IMG/VR virus record: IMGVR_UViG_3300030616_000506
Span: 1-64,000 of that record
Strand: one strand, 5' to 3'
Source of the DNA: a virus
Length of the DNA: 64,000 nucleotides
The position numbers and the translations under genes were made by a program. The notes beneath the pieces were generated by a model that did no database searches, was not told the DNA's origin, and saw only the letters and a list, made by a program, of their open reading frames with translations. Of the stretch, positions 57,353 through 64,000 are shown in pieces (the first letter of the stretch is position 1; the number at the start of each line of letters is the position of its first letter).

Positions 57353-57955
57353 TCATTCATATATCTGCAATTTTAATACATCTTCAATTGATTTTAAATC
57401 TTTTTCAAAGAATTCTACATTATTTCTTATTTTGTTATCATCCCAATCCCACCATTTTAATTTTAAGAGATATTTTCTAATATCCTCATTAAATCTATAT
57501 TTTATACGCTTAGCTGGTACTCCTCCAACTATTGAATAGTGATCTATGTCTTTAGTTACTACTGCTCCAGCTCCTATTACAGCTCCATTACCTATAGTTA
57601 CTCCTTCTAGAATTATTACTCTAGTTCCTATCCACACATCATTTCCTATATTAACTGCTTTTTTACTATTTCTTAAACCTCGATTACCTATGATTGTGTC
57701 ATATAAAGCTCTACTTATAGAAGGTTGTTTGGTATTATAATTAACTGTTTGAAATATAACTTCTCTAGCTATATTACAATATTTACCTATATTTATCTCT
57801 CCACCATAAAATTCACACCCTTCATTAACTATACTTCCGTGATCTAGATAAACATTTCCCTTAACTTTAGTATTTATATTACTAACTCCAGTATGTCCTC
57901 TAACAAAAAACTTACCTTTGCCTCTCATATAAATTTGTTTGTATCCTTCTTTCAT
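57353..57955 (-). CDS. Hexapeptide-repeat O-acetyltransferase (CatB/Vat-like)
   Basis: [33 protein letters not shown] and KWWDW. Confidence 0.9.
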   Translation of the reverse strand: MKEGYKQIYMRGKGKFFVRGHTGVSNINTKVKGNVYLDHGSIVNEGCEFYGGEINIGKYCNIAREVIFQTVNYNTKQPSISRALYDTIIGNRGLRNSKKAVNIGNDVWIGTRVIILEGVTIGNGAVIGAGAVVTKDIDHYSIVGGVPAKRIKYRFNEDIRKYLLKLKWWDWDDNKIRNNVEFFEKDLKSIEDVLKLQIYE

Positions 57956-59202
57956 ACTTTATCCTTATGTCTAAATACAACATATCTTCTATATTTATCT
58001 ATCAATCTCTTTTGCTCATATCTTAAATCTTCATTTGATAAAGTCTTTGTGTTCACCCAATTATTATTGTATTCATCAAAGGTTGACCAATCCCAATCTT
58101 TCATCAAATCATGATCATAATATTCGTTATTAGGGAACGGTGATAATAAAGCAAATCCTACCATATCTGGCTCTAATTCATCACATAATTCTTCTGTCAT
58201 TTTTATATCTTCAATTGTTTCATTTGGCATTCCTAATAAAAAATAAGCTCTAGTTTTAATACCATACTCTTTAGTTAATTTGAATGCATCCCTTATCTTA
58301 TCTACATTTGTATGTTTATTCATATCCTTTAGTATTCTAGGAGATCCACTCTCTACTCCATACCATAATTCTGTACAGTTAGCTTTATATAGATGTTCCA
58401 ATAAATCTCTGTTTATGGTATTAACGTGAGCATTAGCACCAAAAGGTATATTAATATTTCTTTTAATCTTCTCATTACAGAATTCTTTTACCTTACCTCT
58501 ATTTAAGGTAAAGGTATCATCTGCAAACTTTATAAAATCTATATTCCACTTATTTACGGTATATTCAAATTCATCTAAAACATTAATTGGAGATCTTATT
58601 CTAGCTTTACTACCCCATAAAAATCTACTACAACAAAAGCTACAATTAAATGGACATCCTCTACTACTAAATATAGATGTTATTCTCTTACCTCCATCAT
58701 TATAAGCTTGTTGTATATTCCTCTCATTCTTGATAGTATCCCTATCAGGATAAGGTAAGTTATCTAAATTCTTAATAGATCTAGAATTAACTATAGTATT
58801 TCTACTTTGTCTATTTTCTAATATATTTCTAACTATCCTATAGAAGGATAACTCTCCCTCTCCCTCTATGACTATGTCTACATCTTTCTCTCTTATAACA
58901 TCTTTAGGTAGACATGTAGGATGTATTCCTCCCATAACTATCCAATTATTTTCACTTCTTAATTTCTTAGATAAATCAAGAGCATGTTTAAATTGTGGAC
59001 TAGTGCATCCGAATCCTATTATATCAGAATCTTCTGCTCCTCTTAATATGGTTTTATCACTATCATAAAAACCTGAATAGAAATTTATATCTAAATCTTC
59101 TTTAATATATTTTCTCAAAGTAGATATTATATATCCTATACCAAGTGCTTCCCATGTATGTCCTTTATATCCAACATTAGGTTGTATAAATGTTATTTTC
59201 AT
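57952..59202 (-). CDS. B12-binding radical SAM protein
   Basis: [27 protein letters not shown] and G.PNET. Confidence 0.92.
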   Translation of the reverse strand: MKITFIQPNVGYKGHTWEALGIGYIISTLRKYIKEDLDINFYSGFYDSDKTILRGAEDSDIIGFGCTSPQFKHALDLSKKLRSENNWIVMGGIHPTCLPKDVIREKDVDIVIEGEGELSFYRIVRNILENRQSRNTIVNSRSIKNLDNLPYPDRDTIKNERNIQQAYNDGGKRITSIFSSRGCPFNCSFCCSRFLWGSKARIRSPINVLDEFEYTVNKWNIDFIKFADDTFTLNRGKVKEFCNEKIKRNINIPFGANAHVNTINRDLLEHLYKANCTELWYGVESGSPRILKDMNKHTNVDKIRDAFKLTKEYGIKTRAYFLLGMPNETIEDIKMTEELCDELEPDMVGFALLSPFPNNEYYDHDLMKDWDWSTFDEYNNNWVNTKTLSNEDLRYEQKRLIDKYRRYVVFRHKDKV

Positions 59203-59936
59203 TTAGCCTCTATTAATTTCCACCCATTTCTTGTGGCCCATCTAACATATCCAGTTCTGTTTATCCAGTGCTCTTGTCTTCTCCAAGATGCAGTTGCATC
59301 ATCATCTTTATTAGGCATTATTTCTTTTTTATACATTGGTAACATCCCTTCTTCTGGTGGATGTGGGGTATAAACTTTGCAGTTACCATATTTCTGTATT
59401 GTGTATGCAAAGTGCATATCCGATATAGCTACATAGGTAGGAGGTTTCTCTCTTAGAAAATGTTGTGTATAACTATTTGGATAAAAAGATACTCCTCCAC
59501 CAAAATCTACTAGTTCTAACTCTCCATTCCTTACTTTACTTGATATTCTAGTATTAGGAAGATAAGATTTCTTACTACTTAATCTAACTCCTCTCTGTAC
59601 ATACCATCCTTGAGTCTCTTCTTGCTTCTTAATAGCCCACTCTACAAATTTAGGACCTGGAGGTCTATCATCATCTATGGCTAATATATAATCAGACTTA
59701 GTTAGATGTCCTAACATTATAAAGGCTATAGTTTCAAACCTATTAGTATTACTATTAATAATATCTATCTTTAGCTCATCATCTTTTATATGTATATCCT
59801 TACCATCTTCAGTACAATTATTATTCCATATCATTACCCTCTCTATAGGATATGTAAATTCTTTTATTCTCTTTATTAGAATAGGAATATTATCTGGTCT
59901 TCTATAAGATGGTATTAGGATTGTTACTGATTTCAT
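59199..59936 (-). CDS. GT-A fold glycosyltransferase
   Basis: TILIPSYRRP, IWNN and AIDDD (DxD). Confidence 0.75.
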   Translation of the reverse strand: MKSVTILIPSYRRPDNIPILIKRIKEFTYPIERVMIWNNNCTEDGKDIHIKDDELKIDIINSNTNRFETIAFIMLGHLTKSDYILAIDDDRPPGPKFVEWAIKKQEETQGWYVQRGVRLSSKKSYLPNTRISSKVRNGELELVDFGGGVSFYPNSYTQHFLREKPPTYVAISDMHFAYTIQKYGNCKVYTPHPPEEGMLPMYKKEIMPNKDDDATASWRRQEHWINRTGYVRWATRNGWKLIEAK

Positions 59937-60889
59937 TCTACCTCATCTAACAGTTTTCTTATATACTTCTTATCTCCCTTAAAGAACATATCTTCTTTAT
60001 ATCCACCATTATCTATATCTCTTTCTATAACTAATAAGTCATCTATTTCCTTTATAGCTGATATTTCATCATCATATAGAATTTCTTCATATATTTTTTC
60101 ACCTGGTCTTATACCTATTCTCTCTATCTTAACGGTCTTATCTTTAGAATATTTATCTATAAGAGCATCAATTATATCTCCAGTTTTGATGATGGGCATT
60201 CTCTTTAGGAATATCTCATCTCCTTTAGATAAATATAATCCCTTAATAACTATCTCTGCAGCCTGGACTGGTTTTAAATAGAATCTGGTCATCTTTAGAT
60301 CTGTTATAGTTATAGGTTCTCTCTCTTGTATTTGTTCCTTAACTATAGGAACTACGGATCTATTGGAGAATAAGACATTACCGAATCTAGTTACTGAGAA
60401 TATTGTATTCTTATATTTCTTGCTAGCTAATCTAGTTAGATATTCTCCTATTAGTTTAGTCATTCCATAATAACTAATAGGATTTACAGCTTTATCTGAA
60501 CTTAGATATATAAATTTCTTAATATCATATTTACCACTACATTTTATAACATTTTTTGTTCCATTTATATTAGTATCATATACCATATCTCTAAATTCTT
60601 CTGCTTCTGGAACAAATTTATATGCAGCAGCATGTATTACATAATCTACATTATAAAATAAATCATCTAACTCATTTAAATTTCTAATATCTACATGTTC
60701 TAAATTAAATTTAGACCAGTTATCATAGAAATCTTCTTTAAATTCCAATAATTCACCTATATCATTGGATATTATTTTGATTAATTTTATGTCATACTTT
60801 AATAAATTTCTACATATTTCTTTACCTATAGATCCACTTCCACCTGTTATTAGAATGATTTTGTTTTTATAAAAATCTTCTATTTCCAT
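59933..60889 (-). CDS. UDP-GlcNAc 4,6-dehydratase family (PseB/CapD-like)
   Basis: LITGGSGSIG, HAAAYK.VP, SSDKAVNP..YG.TK, RFGNV, MTRF and GIRPGEK. Confidence 0.9.
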   Translation of the reverse strand: MEIEDFYKNKIILITGGSGSIGKEICRNLLKYDIKLIKIISNDIGELLEFKEDFYDNWSKFNLEHVDIRNLNELDDLFYNVDYVIHAAAYKFVPEAEEFRDMVYDTNINGTKNVIKCSGKYDIKKFIYLSSDKAVNPISYYGMTKLIGEYLTRLASKKYKNTIFSVTRFGNVLFSNRSVVPIVKEQIQEREPITITDLKMTRFYLKPVQAAEIVIKGLYLSKGDEIFLKRMPIIKTGDIIDALIDKYSKDKTVKIERIGIRPGEKIYEEILYDDEISAIKEIDDLLVIERDIDNGGYKEDMFFKGDKKYIRKLLDEVE

Positions 60890-61917
60890 TTTAAATCTTT
60901 AATATTATACATTGGTACATCCATAAACTTATTCCAATTAGGATCCAATTCTCCTTTGTTGTGATTATGCCACATCTTATATCTTCTAAGTTGAATTTTA
61001 GAGGGTTTCCAAGAATTAGCTCTTATATGTTTAACTCTAAATATATTTCTCATCATAATATCATCTCTAATTTGTGGTTTAGGAGCAGGATCATCTATTT
61101 CATATATATAATTTTGTGATGCAACTCTTTTGTATTTACTTATCATGGCTAATCTATTACCAGCATCCATATCAATACCGGCTAGGGCTCCATCGTATAA
61201 CTCATCATATCCATTAATTTCTAACATTTCTTCCATTGATACTGTAGCTGAACATGTCCAAAACATATTCATTGGTATCACTGGGTGTATTTCATCAGTA
61301 AATGTTAAAGGCTTATGTTCTCCTCTCCATCCATCCTTTATGAATTCTACCTTTCTAGGGCCTAATTTCTGTTCCTTTTCATAATTATACTTGTCCTTAT
61401 CGTATTTAATACACCTAAAGGATCTTCCCGTCATATATTTACCTTCTTTCCATAGGTTCCATATCTCCTCTAGTATATATTTATTGAATATGATTAAATC
61501 ATCTATATGCCATATAAGTTCTCCATCTGCATTAATAACTCCAGTATTCTTATTATTTGCTACTGTTTGATATTGTGGACCTAATTTATGCCATATAGAA
61601 GGTTTTTCCTTAACTAGCTTTATTGGAAAATTACATTCCTTCTGATATTCTCTTACGAGTTCTTCTGCATCTTCTGGATATCTATGGCTGATGATCAATT
61701 CAAAATCCTTAAATGTTTGGCTCTCCAAACAATTAAGGGTAGGCTCCAGTATATGTTTAGCATTGAACAAATTCCATCCAGCTAATTCTATAAATTCATC
61801 TGTGAATATTGAGTTATAATCATCAGTTTCTTCTAAACCTTTCTGTATTTCATTCATTTTATGTATAACATTTTTATTTAATCTGTTTGTAGTTAGTATA
61901 ACACTAATTTTATGCAT
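60880..61917 (-). CDS. GT2-like glycosyltransferase
   Basis: LESQTFKDFELII, KNTGV..A.GE...IDD and INGYDE.Y.G. Confidence 0.78.
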   Translation of the reverse strand: MHKISVILTTNRLNKNVIHKMNEIQKGLEETDDYNSIFTDEFIELAGWNLFNAKHILEPTLNCLESQTFKDFELIISHRYPEDAEELVREYQKECNFPIKLVKEKPSIWHKLGPQYQTVANNKNTGVINADGELIWHIDDLIIFNKYILEEIWNLWKEGKYMTGRSFRCIKYDKDKYNYEKEQKLGPRKVEFIKDGWRGEHKPLTFTDEIHPVIPMNMFWTCSATVSMEEMLEINGYDELYDGALAGIDMDAGNRLAMISKYKRVASQNYIYEIDDPAPKPQIRDDIMMRNIFRVKHIRANSWKPSKIQLRRYKMWHNHNKGELDPNWNKFMDVPMYNIKDLKWK

Positions 61918-63295
61918 ATAATCCTTCCTTAAGTTGTTTGTAATTATTATAAATTTTATCCTTATATTTACTATACTCTTCAGATACTTCTATGATTTCC
62001 TTTATTCCATCATCTATACTATACTTATACCTTATACCTAACTCTTTCATTAATTTAAGAGAATTTATTATATAGTCTCTCTTATCTAACATATCTTCTT
62101 TTGTTCTTATATCACAATCTGGTATAATGCTCTTTATCTTTTCACCTATTGTACGGATATCTTCACTCTCTGAAGATATATTGTAGGTTTTACCCTTAAT
62201 CACATTTATTGGAGCTTCTATACACTTCTTATATATAAGAGCTGCATCCTTTACATGACAGAATCCTCTATATTGATTTCCTCCATATATAGTTATCTCC
62301 TTATCTATACAACCCTTTATTGATAGAAGATTGATAACCAAATCAAATCTCATCCTATCTGATAAGCCATATAAAGTGCCCATCCTTAATATTATTGGTG
62401 AGAAGTTTTCATCTGATAACTCCAATATCCCCTTTTCTGATTCTAGTTTCATTCTTGCATAAAGAGATACTGGATTTAACTCAGATTTCTCATCTAATAA
62501 ACGGTTGTGCTTACTTGCTCCATATACACTACAGGTTGATGCAAATATAAATCTATTTATTTGACTATACTTACAAATCTCTGCAATCATCTTTGATGCT
62601 AAGTAGTTAATCTCTATTGTTTCTTCTGGATTTAAAGAGGATGCTTCATCTCCAACTATAGCTGCTAGATGAATAACAGCATCCACACTCTTGGTAGCTT
62701 CTATCAAATCCTTTAGGTTTCTTATGTCTCCCAATATAAATTTAAAGTTCGGATTGTTCTCTATTTTCTCTATACCTGATCTACCATAAGTTAGGTTATC
62801 CAAAACCTTAACCTTATAACCTGCATCCAATAATATCTTAGAAAGAACTGACCCTAAGTATCCTGCTCCACCTATTATTAAAATATTTTTTATTATATTA
62901 TTTTCCTTATACCCATCCTCTAATTTTCCTTGATAACCCTTTTCTGATATGAATATTACATCAATTATCTTATCTTCCTCATCTATTATAGGTATAGCTA
63001 AAACTCCTCTCTCAGGTAATTTCTTCCTTACATTTTTCTTGTTTAATATATTCTCTATAGTTAATTTATTCCATCCCCTTCTTAGGAATATAGGTTTCTT
63101 ATTTATGATATCAACTATATTATCTTCAACTGTGTGACCTTTTAGAATAGCACTCCTAATATCTCCATCTGTCACAGATCCAATCAATTTATTGTTTTCA
63201 GTTATAAATAATATACCATAACCCATTATATCTAACTTCTTCATTATACCCTTTAGGTTGTTTGATTTGTCTGCTATTATAGAATTCAATTTCAT
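61910..63295 (-). CDS. CBS-domain plus NAD-dependent epimerase/dehydratase fusion
   Basis: N-terminal GSVTDGDIR CBS domain; IIGGAGYLGS, HLAAIVGD, YARMK and RMRFDLVIN. Confidence 0.85.
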   Translation of the reverse strand: MKLNSIIADKSNNLKGIMKKLDIMGYGILFITENNKLIGSVTDGDIRSAILKGHTVEDNIVDIINKKPIFLRRGWNKLTIENILNKKNVRKKLPERGVLAIPIIDEEDKIIDVIFISEKGYQGKLEDGYKENNIIKNILIIGGAGYLGSVLSKILLDAGYKVKVLDNLTYGRSGIEKIENNPNFKFILGDIRNLKDLIEATKSVDAVIHLAAIVGDEASSLNPEETIEINYLASKMIAEICKYSQINRFIFASTCSVYGASKHNRLLDEKSELNPVSLYARMKLESEKGILELSDENFSPIILRMGTLYGLSDRMRFDLVINLLSIKGCIDKEITIYGGNQYRGFCHVKDAALIYKKCIEAPINVIKGKTYNISSESEDIRTIGEKIKSIIPDCDIRTKEDMLDKRDYIINSLKLMKELGIRYKYSIDDGIKEIIEVSEEYSKYKDKIYNNYKQLKEGLYA

Positions 63296-64000
63296 TTATA
63301 ATATTCCTTTATTTTATCTGCTACATAATCTACTTCTTTAAATGTTAGGGATGGATATAAAGGTATATTTAATATCCTTTTAGAGATTTTTTCTGTTACT
63401 GGAAGTTTAATCCTTTTATCATAATATAGTGGAGTCAAATGTACAGGTGGATCAAAATAAGGTTTTGTTGATATTCCATTATCTAATAAATATTTCATTA
63501 GATTATCTCTATCATTCACTTCTATTGGCATCATTTGAAAGACATGATGAAAATATGGATTTATTGGAGGTCTATTAATGTTTATATATCTATGTAATTT
63601 ATGGATGTATCTTTCAGCTAACTTTCTTCTTTTATTAGAATATATGTAAATATCCTTAAGTTGAGAAATAGCCAAAGCTGCACATATGGTTGGCATTCTA
63701 AAGTTATATCCTAGATATATATATTCATCATCTTTTCTTCCATGTGACCTTATTAATTTTAATTTTTCATATATCTTATCATCATCTAATACTAGTAATC
63801 CTCCCTCTCCTGAAGTTATTACTTTAGTCTGACATAGACTATACATTCCACAATTTCCGAAGGAACCAGTATGGTCTCCATATATTCTAGCACCCATGGA
63901 TTCTGCTGCATCTTCAAAGAATAATAACTTATGATCTTCTGCTAAATCTTTTAGAGCCTTTGTATAATATGCTGGACAACCTGCATAGTGAACTACAGTT
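63292..64000 (-). CDS. DegT/DnrJ/EryC1/StrS sugar aminotransferase (5'-truncated by the window edge)
   Basis: VVHYAG, EDAAESMGA, S...TKVITSGEGG, GYNFRM and PLYP. Confidence 0.92.
   Translation of the reverse strand, partial: TVVHYAGCPAYYTKALKDLAEDHKLLFFEDAAESMGARIYGDHTGSFGNCGMYSLCQTKVITSGEGGLLVLDDDKIYEKLKLIRSHGRKDDEYIYLGYNFRMPTICAALAISQLKDIYIYSNKRRKLAERYIHKLHRYININRPPINPYFHHVFQMMPIEVNDRDNLMKYLLDNGISTKPYFDPPVHLTPLYYDKRIKLPVTEKISKRILNIPLYPSLTFKEVDYVADKIKEYYK

Noticed and set aside
57353-57955. Antibiotic-resistance acetyltransferase (cat/vat)
   Set aside because: Same fold, but the glycan-operon context favours a sugar O- or N-acetyltransferase.
49017-63137. Plus-strand ORFs within the glycan operon
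   Set aside because: Antisense to well-supported enzymes.
1-64000. tRNA/rRNA genes, integrase, att sites, alternative genetic code
   Set aside because: No cloverleaf, rRNA or recombinase recognised by eye. Genes are full length under the standard code and use all three stop codons.

Overview
This window is a 64-kb segment of an AT-rich, CpG-poor tailed dsDNA virus (Caudoviricetes, siphovirus-like). It almost certainly infects an archaeon: it encodes an Alba protein, uses GGTGA/GGAGG-type Shine-Dalgarno sites, and has a TTT-CGN +1 frameshift motif. The + strand (about 175-48831) is the morphogenesis module. It holds a probable TerS, TerL with a class-3-type intein that starts with Glu, Alba, portal, two unrelated prohead proteases, capsid cement, an HK97-type major capsid protein and neck genes. 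It continues with four tail-tube paralogues in A-B-A'-B' order and a tail chaperone with a +1 frameshift. A roughly 15-kb insert follows, carrying a 3344-aa Ser/Gly-rich repeat protein, a lipoate-ligase-like enzyme and a split EamA transporter. The tape measure protein, hub and fibre-like genes complete the module. The - strand (49004-64000) is a convergent, tightly coupled glycan-biosynthesis and modification operon. It includes an apparently complete 2-hydroxyethylphosphonate pathway (cytidylyltransferase-PEP mutase, split phosphonopyruvate decarboxylase, Fe-ADH) and a candidate phosphonate transferase. It also encodes a B12 radical SAM enzyme, a sulfotransferase, methyl-, acetyl- and aminotransferases, and glycosyltransferases. 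The leading hypothesis is a virus-encoded phosphono-glycan coat attached to Ser-Gly sites that are enriched in surface-exposed virion proteins. All product calls come from motif recognition by eye; no database searches were run.
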